DNA of 64,000 nt, taken from the NCBI RefSeq assembly GCF_009914755.1, contig NC_060947.1. One strand, 5' to 3'. The position numbers and the translations under genes are program-made. Numbering within the stretch: position 1 is the stretch's first letter; every line of letters starts with the position of its first letter. The notes below the pieces were generated by a model, which ran no database searches, was not told the DNA's origin, and worked only from the letters and a program-made list of their open reading frames with translations. The stretch is from the human T2T-CHM13v2.0 reference genome, Homo sapiens. Below, piece after piece: positions 26,244-39,334 of the stretch.

Positions 26244-28572
26244 AAAGTCAGCTTCATCCCTGGGATGAACAGCTGGTTCAACATAGGCAAATCAATAAAC
26301 ACAATCCATCACATAAACAGAACCAAAGACAAAAAACACATGATTATCTCAATAGATGCAGAAAAGGCCTTTGATAAAATTCAACACCCCTTCATGTTAA
26401 AGACTCTCAATAAACTAGATATAGATGAAACATCTCAAAATAATAAGAGCTATTTATGATAAACCCACAGCCAATATCATATTGAATGGGCAAAAGCTGG
26501 AAGGCTTCCCTTTGAAAACTGGTACAAGACAGGGATGCCCTCTCTCACCACTCCTATTCAACATAGTAATGGAAGTTCTGGTCAGGGCAATCAGGCAAGA
26601 GAAAGAAATAAAGGTATTTGAATTGGAAGAGAGGAAATCAAATTGCCTCTGTTTGCAGACAACATGATTTTATATTTAGAAAATCCCATTATCTCAGCCT
26701 AAAAACTCATAAAACTGATAAGTAAATTCAGCAAAGTCTCAGGATACAAAATCAATGTGCAAAAGCCACAAGCATTCTTTTACACCAACAATAGACAAGA
26801 AGAGAGCCAAATCATAAATGAACTCCCATTCACAATCACTACAAAGAGAATAAAATACCTAAGAATATAACCTCCAAGGGATGTGAAGGACCTCTTCAAG
26901 GAGAACTACAAGCCACTGCTCAAGGAAATAAGAGAGGACACACACAAATGGAAAAACATTCCATCCTCATGGATAGGAAGAATCAATATCATAAAAACGG
27001 CCATACTGCCCAGAGTAATTTATGGATTAAATGCTATTCCCATCAAACTACCATCGCCATTCTGCACAGAATTAGAAAAAAATATTTTAAATTTTCTATG
27101 GAATCCAAGAAGACCCCGTATAGCCAAGACAATCCTAAGCAAAAAGAACAAAGCTGGAGGCATCACACTACCTGACTTCATACTATACTGCAAGGCCACA
27201 GTAACCAAAACAAACAGCATGGTACTGGTACCGAAGCAGATATATAGACCAATGGAACAGAACAGAGACCTCAGAAATAACGCCACACATCTACAACCAT
27301 CTAATCTTCGACAAACCTGACAAAAACAAGCAATGGGGAAAGATCTCCTCTTCGATAAATGGTGCTGGGAAAACTGGCTAGCCATATACAGAAAACTGAA
27401 ACTGGACCCCTTCCTAACACCTTATACAAAAATTAACTCAAAATGGATTAAACACTTAAATGCAAAACCCAAAACCATAAAAATCCTAGAAGAAAACCTA
27501 GGCAATACCATTCAGGACATAGGCATGTGCAAAGACTTCATGACGAAGACACCAAAAGCAGTTGCAACAAAAGCGAAAATTAAAAAATTTGATCTAATTA
27601 AATGAAAGAGCTTCTGCACAGCCAAAGAAACTAGTGTCAGAGTGAACAGGCAACCTACAGAATGTGAGAAGATTTTTGCAATCTACCCATCTGACAAAAG
27701 TCTAATATCCAATATTTACAAGGAACTTAAACAAATTTATAAGAAAAAACAAACAACCCCATCAAAAAGTGGAAAAAAGATATGAACAGACAATTCTCAA
27801 TGGAAGACATTTACACGACCAACAAACATATGACAAAAAAACTCAACATCACTGATAATCAGAGTAATGCAAATCATAACCACCATGAGATACCATCTTA
27901 CACCAGCCAGAATGGTGATTATTAAAAAGTCAGGAAACAATAGATGCTCGTGAGGCTGTGGAGAAATAGGAATGCCTTAACATTGTTGGTGGGAATGTAA
28001 ATTAGCTCAACCATTGTGGAAGACAGTGTGGTGATTCCTCAAGGATCTAGAACCAGAAATACCATTTGACCCAGCAATCCCATTACTGGGTATATATCCA
28101 AAGGAATATAAATCATTCTACTATAAAGACACATGCACATGTATGTTTATTGCAGCATTATTTACAATAGTAAAGACATGGAACCAACCCAAATGCCCAT
28201 CAATGATAGACTGGATAAAGAAAATGTGGTACATGTATACCAAGGAATACAATGCAGCCATAAAAAGGATTGAGATCAAGTCCTTTTCAGGGACATGGAT
28301 GAAACTGGAAGCCATCATCCTCAGCAAACTAGAATAGAAAACCAAGCAACACATGTTCTCACTCATAAATGGGAGTTGAACAATGAGAACACATGGACAC
28401 AGAGAGGGGAACAACACACACCAGAACCTGTTGGGGGATGGGGGTGAGAAGAGGGAACTTAGAGGATGGGTCAATAGATGCAGCAAACCACCATGGCACA
28501 TGTATACTTATGTAACAAATCTGCACATTCTGCATATGTATCCCTATTTTTTTTAAAGAAGAAATAAAGAAA
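26244..28572 (+). mobile_element. 5'-truncated L1PA (L1PA8-like): ORF2 RT to 3' UTR
   Basis: ORF2 fragments [56 protein letters not shown]; 3' UTR GGAACTTAGAGGATGGGTCAATAG...TATCCCTATTTTTTTTAAAGAAGAAATA; multiple stops and frameshifts. Confidence 0.93.
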
Positions 28573-28609
28573 TAACAGTAATAGTATAATAAGAAATAAC
28601 AGGATAATA

Positions 28610-28737
28610 GTATTATCCTCTGCTTGGCTTATCGGAAGACATTTATTCTATTTTATGGAATGAAATGTTGCCTGATTCTAGAATCACAAATAAAGCCAAT
28701 TAAAATCTTTAAATTTGTTGTACTTTTTTTTTTGACA
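28610..28737 (+). mobile_element. 3' end fragment of an ERV1-type LTR
   Basis: AATCACAAATAAAGCCAATTAAAATCTTTAAATTTGTTG...TTTGACA: poly(A) signal and TGACA terminus. Confidence 0.55.
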
Positions 28738-28821
28738 CTCTTAAGTTTTGCTGTTAGACTTGCATCCCCATCACTTCACCAAACTATTATTCTGTAAGAT
28801 AAAGACATTTTTCAATCAAAG

Positions 28822-29119
<298 letters not shown>

Positions 29120-29734
29120 TCAATCAAAGTTTTTTTTACCTCTCACTGATATTTGTAACACCCATGCTCTGACTGCTGGTACTTAACAAGACTCTCCTGT
29201 TCTCCTCATCTTTCTCTCCTGTTCTTACCACTCTGTCTGCTCTTGTTCTGTTTTATGTAGGTTCATCCTCTTCCACCTGAACATTCAATATGAAAGTTTC
29301 TTAAGTCTCAGATGTAGGTAATCAATATAATATATGCTGATGATTCACACATTGATATATTCAGTCTCTGAGCCCTAGGCCCATATAGACTATTGCTCAT
29401 GTGACATCACTTTCCTGCCAATTGTTTCATAGCTCTCTCAAACTCAAGACATTCCGGAATAAAATAATTCTCTCTCCTGAACCTGGTGTTCCATCTGGCA
29501 TTCCCTGTATCAGTGCGTGATACCAGCACAGATACATTTGCACATTCCAAACCTAAAAAATCATTATTATGTACCTCTAACTCCCCTTTCCTCAACTCGT
29601 CACCATATTCTATCATTTTTATCTTCTAACAGTTTTTCAAATTGGTCTACTTTTTTCTGTCTCCACCACATCCTTTTAAATCCCAGTAACCATCATCCCT
29701 TATTAAATGTGATTCACTTCTTACTAAATGACTA

Positions 29735-29825
29735 GCCAAATATAGTTATGCATAGTGTTTAAATGTATCGATCTTGTAGCCAGTATGCCTGGGTTCAAAT
29801 CCTGGCTTTGATACTTATTACCTTT
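29735..29825 (+). mobile_element. MIR fragment
   Basis: GCATAGTGTTTAA...TGCCTGGGTTCAAATCCTGGCTTTG: tRNA-derived A/B-box region. Confidence 0.65.
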
Positions 29826-30931
29826 ATCACCTCCACTTACTGCCTCCTTGTTAGCTATTCTTAGTTCTGTACTTATGCCCTGACATTTTATTCTTCACAC
29901 TGCAGCCATGTTGATCTTTTTCAAAATATAAATTTGGTCACTTCACTTCACATAAGTGTTCCTTCCTCTATTAAAGAGGAGGCTTCCATTATGCTTAGAA
30001 TAAAAGGGAAAAATTATGACATGACCTACAGGGCCCTACATAGTCTAGCATCTAACTTGTAACAGCTTCATCTCACATCATTCTTTCCTCTAATAATATC
30101 TGATCATGTACTCTTCTCTCTCCTGCCCTAAGGCTTTTGCATGAGCTATTTCTCTTTATAGAATGTTCTTCCCTCCCAATTTGCCTTCTTAACTCTTGCT
30201 CATTCTTCTGACCTCACTTTGAATGTCATACTTAAGGATTATTCCCTGACTTATCTAACTAGGTGTATCAAATTGCTTAAGGACTAATTTTCCAGTTGTA
30301 TTGGTGGAGGTAGGAACACATTATTTTACTTCTAATGAGTGGATCTTCAGGCAGAGAATAAAAATCATAGGGAGCAGATAAAGATTGTGCACTTTCAGAT
30401 GTTACCTTTAACTTCTCAAGGCTGTATGGAGAAGAGAGAATAGGATCCCTAAACAAATAAATGAGTTAAAGATTACAAATATTTCCCATTCCAATTAGAG
30501 TTTGGAGCACATCCACAGCCAAGAAAGACAGATGAAGCCGTCATCACAGCTTATGATTTCTCAAGGAAATTGGGTCCTTTCTTGTTTGGTCCGATGTGGA
30601 ATAGCCATCAGCCGGTCTAAGGACTGCCACATCAACCACATGGACGTGGTGCCTTAGGCTACTCCTTGGTGACATCTACCATGCCTGCCTCTTACAGAAT
30701 AAGCTCAGTGCCATCCTGACTCTGAATGGGGGAAAATATCTACAAATTACTCCTCTGACAAATGTGACCAGGCAAGCAACAACTGTGTTGCTCAGGCGCC
30801 AATGAGGGTGATTAGACATTTGTGGGCTAATTTTCTAAGACAAATGCTCACCAATTTGTTTTGAAGACATATAGTCAGAGGTGGCATAAAGGGGGCTTCT
30901 GGGAAATGGATAATGTTCTATTTCTTGATTT

Positions 30932-33900
30932 TTTTTCTAATTTTTAAAAATTTGAGGTACACAATAGGTGTATATACTTATGGGGTACATGATACAGGCA
31001 TGCAAGGTGAAATAAGAACATCATGGAGAATGAGGTTTCTATTCCATCAAGCATTTATCCTTTGTGTTACAAACAATCCAGTTACATTATTTATTTTGAA
31101 ATATACAATTAAGTTATTATTAAGTTACCCTATTGGGATATCAAAAAGTAGGTCTTATTCTTTCTGCTTTTTTTGGACACATTAACCATTTCCACTTTCC
31201 TCCAAACCCCCAACTACCTTTTCCAGCCTCTGGTAACCATATATCTACTCTCTATGTCCATGAGTTCAATTGATTTTATTTCTAGACCCCATAAATATTT
31301 GAGAACATGCAATATTTGTCTTTCTGTGCCCGGCTTATTGCACTCAATATAATGCTCTCCAGTTCCATTCATGTTGTTGCAAATGACTGGATCACATACT
31401 TTCTATGGATAAATATAACTTCATTGTGTTTATGTACCACATTTTCTTTATCCATTTGTCCTTTGATGAACACTTAAGTTGCCTCTCAGTCTTAACTATT
31501 GTAAACAGTGCTGCAACACACACAGAACTGCAGATATATTTTCAATAATTTTCCTTTCTTTTGTGTATATACCCAACAGAACTTCTGAATCATATACTAG
31601 CTCAATTTTTACTTCTGAATCATATACTAGCTCAATTTTTACTTCTGAATCATATACTAGCTCAATTTTTACTTCTGAATCATATACTAGCTCAATTTTT
31701 ACTTTTATGAGGTACATCCAAACTGTTCTCCATGTGGTGGTACTAGTTTACATTCCCACCAACAGTGTATAAAGGTTCCTTTTTCTCCACATCCTAGCCA
31801 GCATTTGTTACTGCCTCTCTTTTGAATATGAGCCATTTTTACTGGGGTGAGGTGATACCTAATTTTAGTTTTGATTTCATTTCTCACATGATCAGTGATG
31901 TTGAGTACCTATTAATAGGCCCATTTGCCATTTGTATGTCTCTTTTTGGGAAATGTCTATTCAAATATGGTGCCCATTTTTGATAAGATTTTTCGATTTT
32001 TCATAGAGTTATTTGAGATTCTTATATATTCTTATGAATCCCTTGTCAAAAGGGTAGTTTGCAGACATTTTTTTCCCATTCTGCAGGTTGTAACTTCACT
32101 TTGTTGATTGTGTCCTTTGCTGTGCAGAAGCTTTCTAACTTGATGTGATCCAATTTGTCTATTTTGCTTTGGTTGCCTGTGCTTGTGTGGTATTGATCAA
32201 AAAAATTATCGCCCCAACCAATGTCCTGGAGATTTTCCCCAATGTTTTCGTAACGTTGTTTCATAGTTTGAGGTCTTAGATTTAAGTTTTAAATTCATTT
32301 TGATTTGATATTTGTATGTTGCAAGAGATAGGGGTCTAGTTTCATTCTTCTGCCTATGAATATCCAGTTTTCCCAGCACAATTTATTGGAAAAACTGTCT
32401 TTTTGCCAGCATAAGTTTTTGGCATCATTGTCAAAAATGAGTTCACTGTAGGTGCGTGGATTCATTTCTGGGTTTTCTATTCTATTTCATTAGTCTATGT
32501 ATCTGTTTTTAGGCCAGTGCCACACTGTTTTGGTTACTATATCTCTGCAGTGTAATTTGAAGCAAGGTAATGTGATTCCTCCAATTTTGTTCTTTTGCTT
32601 AGGATAGCTTGATCTAATCTGGATATTTTATGGTTCTGTATACATTTTAGGGTCTTTTTAAAATTTATATGAAGAATGTCATTGGTATTTTGATAGGAAT
32701 TGTATGAATCTTTTGACTACTTTGGGTAGTATGAACATTTAAAAAATATTAATTCTTTCAATATGTGAACATAGAATTATTTTTTTCATTTTTTGCTGTC
32801 CTCTTCAATATCCCTATTTTATTGTTTTCATTATAGAGATCTTTCACTTTTTTGGTTTAGCTAATTCCCAGATATCTAATTATATGTGTGGCTATTGTAA
32901 ATGAGATTACCTTTTTACTTTATTTTTCAGAGAGTTCACTGTTGGCATATAGAAATACTGCTGATTTTTGTATGTTAATTTTGTATTCTGCAACTTCAGT
33001 TAATTCGTTTATCAGTTCAATAGTTTTCCTGTGGAGTTTTTAGGTTTTTCCAAATGTAAACTCATATCATCTGCAAACAAGGATAGCTAGAGCTTCCAGT
33101 ACTATGTTGAATAACAGTGGTAACAATGGGCATTCTTGCTGTGTTCCGGATCTTAGAGAAAAGGCTTTCAGCTTTTCCCCATTCAGTATGATGCTAGCTG
33201 TGATCTGTCATCTATGGATTTTATTACCTACCCAGTTTTTTTAGGGTTTTTATCATGAAGGGATGTTTACTTTTATCCAACGCTTTATTTTTAAGCATCA
33301 ATTGAATTGATCCTATAGTTTCTGTCTTTTATTCTGTTATGATGTATCACATTGATTAATTTGTGTATGTTTAATCATCCTTGCATTCATGGAATAAATT
33401 CTACTTGGTCATAACGATCTTCCTACTGTTTTAATTCTATTTGTGACAATTCTGTTGAAGCTTTTTGCATTAATCTTCATCAGTGATATTGGCCTGTGGC
33501 ATTCTTTTTTTCATGTGTCTTTGTCTGTTTTTGGTATCGGGGCAATTCTGGCCTGGTATAATGACTTTGGAAGTACTCTCTCCTCCTCTATTTTTCTGAA
33601 GAGTTTAAATAGGATTCTTTTAAAGACAAATATATAGTTCTATAGTTTCTTTAGAAGTTTGATAGAATTTGGCGGTGAAGCTAACATGTCCTGGGCTTGC
33701 TGTTACTGGGAAACTTTTTATTACTGCTTAGATCTTGTTACTTGTTATTGGTCTGTTCAGGTTTTCCAGTTTCTTCAGACTCATAGTAGGTTGTATGTAA
33801 CTAGGAAATTGTCAATTTCTTCTCAATTTTTCAATTTATTAGCATCTAGTTACTCATAGTAGCCAATAATGATCCTTTGAATTTCTGCAGTATCAGTAGT

Positions 33901-35269
33901 AACATCTCTTTTTTTAATTTCTGATTTTATTGATTTATATTTTTTTAATCTGTCACTTTTCTTTAACTTTTGAAAAATCAACTTGTTTCACTGATCTTTT
34001 GCATTTTCATTTTCATTTCATTTATTTTTGGTCAGATTTTATTATTTCTTTTCTTCCACCAATTTTGCATTTGGTTTGCTCTTGCTTTTCTGTTAAAGTT
34101 GCATCATTAGATTGTTGATTTGAAGCTTTTTCTCTTCTTGATGTAGGCACTGATACATACAAACTTTTTTCTGAGTAGTGCTTTTGCTATATACCATAGG
34201 TTTTTGTACAATATATTTCCATTTTCATTTATTTTAAGACATTTTAATTTTTTTTTCTTAATGTTTGCATTGAACCTCTGGTCATTCAGGAGCATACTGT
34301 TTAATTTTCATTTATTTGCATAGTTTCCGAAATTCCTCTTTTAATTAACGTATAGTTTTATTCTGTTGTGGTCACGGAAGATGCTTGATATTTATTTCAA
34401 GTTTTTCAATATTTACAGACTTGTTTTGTGACCTAACATATGATCTATCCTTGAGAATAATCCATGTGCTGTGGAAAAGAATGTGTATTCTGTACCTCTT
34501 GGATGAAATGTTCTATAAATATTTATTAGATCTATTTGGCCTAGAGTGCAGATTAAGTATGTTTGCTGTTGTTGTTGACTTTTTGCCTGAAAGATCTATC
34601 TAATGCTGAAAGTGAGGTGTTGAAATCTCCAGCTATTATTTTATTGGGGCCTATCTCTCTATTTGGCTCAAATAATATTTCCTTTATATATTTACATGCT
34701 CCAGTGTTGGGTGCATATACATTTAAAATTGTTATATGCTCTTGCTGAATTGACCCCTTTATCATTACATTGACCTTTTTTGCCTCTTCTTCTAGATTTT
34801 TTTTGAAATCAATTTGGTCTGATGTAAGTATGGCAACTCCTGCTCTTTTTTAGTTTCCATTGGAATGGAATTTTTTTTGCATTAATTTATTTTGAGTCTG
34901 TGTGTCTTTATAGGTGAAGTGTGTTTCTTGTAGGCAACAGGTCAACAGATCTTGTTTTTTTCAATCCATTCAGCCAGTCTATATGAGAATTTAGTTCATT
35001 TCCATTCAATATTACTATTGAATAATATATAGGAGTAAGTAAATACTTACTCCTGTAATTTTGTTATTTGTTTTCTGGTTGCCTTGTGGTTCAGGACTGA
35101 TTTTTACCTTTTGTCCCTTTTTTCAATGATATACTGTTAAAACTAGGTAGTATGAGTGCTCACCTTAATTTTGGTTCTTCTGAAGGTTTTTTTTGTGTGT
35201 GTAGATAGTTGGTAACTTGGTGTCTTTGTGGAGGGGACAATCAGTGAAGCTTTCCATTCTGTCATTTTT
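30932..35269 (-). mobile_element. L1MA with both termini and TSD but large internal deletions
   Basis: 3' UTR at 30932-31350; ORF2 EN motifs (MIKGSIQQEHITILNVYAPN, IIAGDFNT) at 34553-34765; L1M-type 5' tip at about 35090-35269; TSD TATTTCTTGATTT/TATTTCTTTATTT. Confidence 0.88.
31581..31704. repeat. Minisatellite, 4 perfect copies of a 30-bp unit
   Basis: ACTTCTGAATCATATACTAGCTCAATTTTT x4 plus ACTT. Confidence 0.98.
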
Positions 35270-35729
35270 TATTTCTTTATTTGGGTGCTGGTTAAACGGA
35301 TATGTGTATTTTTTTTATAGTTCATTGAGATATATTATTATATGTACACTTTTTTCCATTAATATTTCAATGAAATGATTTTTTAAAAGCAATCACTCAT
35401 TATTAAAATATGGAATTGACACTGGAATTAAACCTTCTATATTATAATCAAGGTGCACAAACCAGTTTCGTATCTCAGAGGTAAAATATTCAACTAATTC
35501 AGAGAAAGTACTAGAGATTAAAAAAAAAAAAACACAAAAAAACAGTCTTCTGTAAAATGGCATTTGCTCTGGGGGCCCTAGCACCAAGCAAAAATTATTT
35601 CTGAGAATCCTAATGAAGACACTAATTTAAATCATGCTGTTATGATCTACTAATCACGTCACTTAGCATCATGTCATGTGGCACTGTTATTTTATACTTA
35701 TCCTTGTGACTATTTAATTAACACCAGTC

Positions 35730-35870
35730 TTTTCCACAAGGGCACAATTACATTAGTTCCAAACCTGTATCTATAATACTTACTGATGAATCCCCAGAAC
35801 CTGGCATAATATCTGGAATATCTTAGCCTCTCAATAAATATTGATGGAATGAATAGATCGATCAATGACT
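35730..35870 (+). mobile_element. L2 3' end fragment
   Basis: TCCCCAGAACCTGGCATAATATCTGGAA...CTCAATAAATATTGATGGAATGAAT. Confidence 0.6.
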
Positions 35871-37549
35871 GAAACAAATCTATACTGCAAAAAATAAAAA
35901 TAAAAAAAAGGTCAGGGCATGGTGGTAGCTGTAGGTGTTAAGTGGTAGAAAATTCTGCCTTCTTTAAACTGATTTAGAAAGACAATAGAATAGTTTCACC
36001 ATGATAGTGAAAGAATGTCATTTACATCCTTTCAGTTCATGAGTTCTTTATAGGAACATCAGAACACTTTTATAGTTCGTATTTCCACATTCTGACTTGT
36101 TTTTCATCAATAATCCACCTAAAACTATACCATAAAAACAGTATGCCACATTCTACTGCTGGACTAATCACACGAAACAGAAGCATGGGAATGTGCCTTT
36201 CATTTGTATTTTCAGCAGAGAGCAAAATATTGCTTTGAGCCTTCCAAATCTCTCTGTAATATAGTACTGACAGATTGGAAAGTTAATTCATGACCTTGCA
36301 ACATTTTTGTTCCCAAAAATAACAGAAATGAGAAATTTGTCTTTAACACATTCCTGAACCATCCAGATAGCTTTATATATACTTGTAAATGCTTCAATCT
36401 CATCTTCTGTTAGCCATTCCTTGTTATCAGGTATCTCTTTATATATGTAATTAAAAATAGGCCATCACTCTTCTGACATTAACAGCACACTAATACACCT
36501 TTCTTCTTCAAATGAATAACATCTCAATTGTCAATCAGCAGTACCTTAAGGTATCTTTTAAAATTTGCCAAGCATAACACACAATGAACCGCACATCACC
36601 CACATCTATAGATTAAAATCTTATTCAAGAGCCACTCAGAGCTAAATCATTACATGGATGACATAGCTTGTATACTACAATCTTGTTGAAGATTTTCACA
36701 TGTCTCTAAGCTTATAGTAATGTTCTCAAAAGAGAAAAAAGGAATAAGTTTGTTCTTTTAGAAAAAGAAGGCAAAATTACAAATGTGTAGTGACTGATAC
36801 AAGTAAGGATTCCTCTTTCAGAAAACAATTACATGATTTTAACAATTCAACATATGAATTTTAGGAGATACAATTCAGATGATTACAGAGCCCAACAGAC
36901 CTAAGTCAGAATCTATACTACTTTTATGCAGCCAATTGACTTTAGATAAGTCAAACTCTGAGTATTAGCTCTTTTTCTCTATCCTTTAAAATCTTTTAGA
37001 CACAATAAAATTAAGTTGCAGGGTTGTTGGGAAACTAAAGAATCAGATACCATTATAAGAACTTGTTTCAATTGGTGTTTGCTACACCACTGTTTCCTTC
37101 CTTGCCTACTCCATCTCCACCCCATTTTCATATGAAATCCAAGTGTTCCTGCTCTTCAGTCAATGTTCTATGTGCCCTTGAGCAGGTCAACTGTTCAAAT
37201 CTTAGCTTTTCACCATTAAACTGAAAATATTGGGCTACATATTCTCTAAGAACCTAAGATTGAAAGAATCTATGATGATCACTGGCTGAAATGTGATGAG
37301 GGTGGTGAGTAGGATAGAGAAAATTTAATATATATATATATATAAAATATACATAAATAAATGCTAAAGTTTGTTTTGCCAGATTGTCTTAAGCTTCATT
37401 TCAAAATCACATCATATCAGCCTAACATAACATACTATAACATACCACATCATGGTTGTGTAAGTCCTTGTCTAGAAAAGTTAAACAGGCCAAGTGAAAC
37501 AAATAAAGAAGGTTCTATTTTATTGGAGTTTGTGTTCTGGAAGGAGCAT

Positions 37550-37860
37550 ATTCCTAATGTGATAGTATTAGAGGGTGAGGCCTTTGAGAGATAATTAGGT
37601 CATGAGGGTGGTGCCTTCATATGAATGAGGTTAGTGCCCTCATAAAGGAGACCTCAGAGATCCCTTGGCCCTTCTGATATGTGAAGAAACAAATAGAAGG
37701 TGCCAGTTACAATAAAGAGGGCATTCCCCAGACATTGAATCGTCTTGGTCCTTTATCTGGGACTTCCAAGAATCTAGAAATGTAAGAAGTAAATTTCTGT
37801 TGTTTTTAAGCTACTCAGTTTACGGCATTTTGTTCTAAGCAGCACAAACAGATTAAGACA
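37550..37860 (+). mobile_element. MaLR LTR (MLT1A/MSTD-like), 5' truncated
   Basis: ATTAGGTCATGAGGGTGGTGCC...TTAGTGCCCTCATAAAGGAGACC...AAATTTCTGTTGTTTTTAAGC...ATTAAGACA. Confidence 0.85.
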
Positions 37861-39334
37861 GAAAAGCAAGAGAGAGAAGTCCACTGAAAAGGGAGCAATT
37901 CTGCCCCACCCTCAGTTAGTAAAAGTTAAGTCTAAGGGTCCTTAAACAGAGAGTTCTGAAACAAGACTTAGTGCCCGCAATAATGAACCATCCATTCCCT
38001 TCACTTAAATTGCATACAACAGTGCCTGGCACAAAGCACTTGCTATATATAGAGGAGCTGTCGTGGTGGTGGTGGTGGTGGTCATGTTGTTGGTGGTTAT
38101 AATTATTATTTTTGAGGCAAACTAAAGCCTTCTAAATTCTCCCACTATTCTCAGTGAAGAACAACATCACAATAATGATTGAGATGGAATTTCATACCAA
38201 CCCGGAAACATGTGGCCTCAATGCCAGCATTAAGTTGATTTAAGGAAAACTTTAAAAATGCTTTTTTTTGCACACTTGAATATATGGGCTGAGATTTATA
38301 TTTGCTAAATCAGTTTATGTCAAAACGAAGGGAATTATCCCGAGAGACCTGATAGCTAATCTATAGTACAGTACACAACAAATGGTACAGACCATTACCA
38401 GTTATGTGAAAAGTGAGCTTAGAGTGTGTTAGTGCTATGCAGTGAAAGAAACAGTAGCACTGACCTGCCAGGTATCTCTGCTGCCTACTTCGAGACATCA
38501 GAGTTATAAGATTTATTTCAAATACTGTCTGGAATATCAGAGCTCAGGCACAACAGGAAGACAAGAAAACAACCATACAGTTTGTTTGGTGCCAAACAAA
38601 CAAAAAAGGTTAATTAAATAAGACAGCAAATCTATAAATAATTTAAGAATCAGTTGCCAGGAAATGCTTAAAATGTCAGGATACATTTTTATTTTTGCCT
38701 TTCTTAGAAAGTAATTGAAAACCAAAAGCACCATTCAATATTTGAAAATAATAGCTTATGCAGCTCTTCTTGAGACACCTAGGAAAAGAGAAACTGGTCT
38801 CCAAGGGCTGTAAGCCTTTCATTCTTCATTGAGCAAGTTCACCCATGCCAACAATTTAGCACCAGCTTCTGATAGACCCATATTTTATTTATTATTTCTC
38901 GATTAATTTTTTTAAGCAGAGAAAACAATGTGACAGTATCAGGAGGCAGTAGCAATAAAAGTCCAGGCCCCCACAAAAGGGAGGTAAGAAGGCTGTTCTC
39001 TTCAGTTGGTCCTGCAAGGTCTTTTGCAACCTCCAAATGTAATCTACATTTATTGGCCGGCCAGATTAGAATACTCTCACCAAGATAGCAGAATTACAAG
39101 CCAAAATCTAAAGCTGACCTGGGGAAGAGTAAATTGTAGAAGAAAGATTTTGCATTAGGCAGCATTCTCTAAGATGGCACTCAATGAGGCACATGTCCAT
39201 GTATAATTCAGTCTTTTTCTTATGGGCAGAACCTGTGACTTCCTTCTAACCAATCAAATATGGCAAAGGTGATGGCAGAGTCACTCAAGTGCTTATATTA
39301 CATTATAAAATATTCCATTTTAGCAGAATGGAGT

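Larger units (their letters stand above)
30860..35390 (+). mobile_element. Ancient L1ME 3' end split by the antisense L1MA (pieces about 30860-30931 and 35270-35390)
   Basis: GGGGGCTTCTGGG...AATGTTCTATTTCTTGATT continues as TTGGGTGCTGGTTAAACGG after the insert. Confidence 0.65.

Noticed and set aside
26235-28337. Reverse-transcriptase-like ORFs
   Set aside because: Fragments of a 5'-truncated, frameshifted L1PA ORF2 with the catalytic FADD changed to FADN; inactive
31581-31704. 30-bp direct repeats of CRISPR-like length, giving a repetitive peptide
   Set aside because: Head-to-tail with no spacers, derived from L1 ORF2, eukaryotic context
35911-35962. GGTGTTAAGTGGTAGAAAATTCTGCCT resembling the 5' half of tRNA-Gly
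   Set aside because: Only about 25 bp with indels; no B box, T arm or acceptor stem
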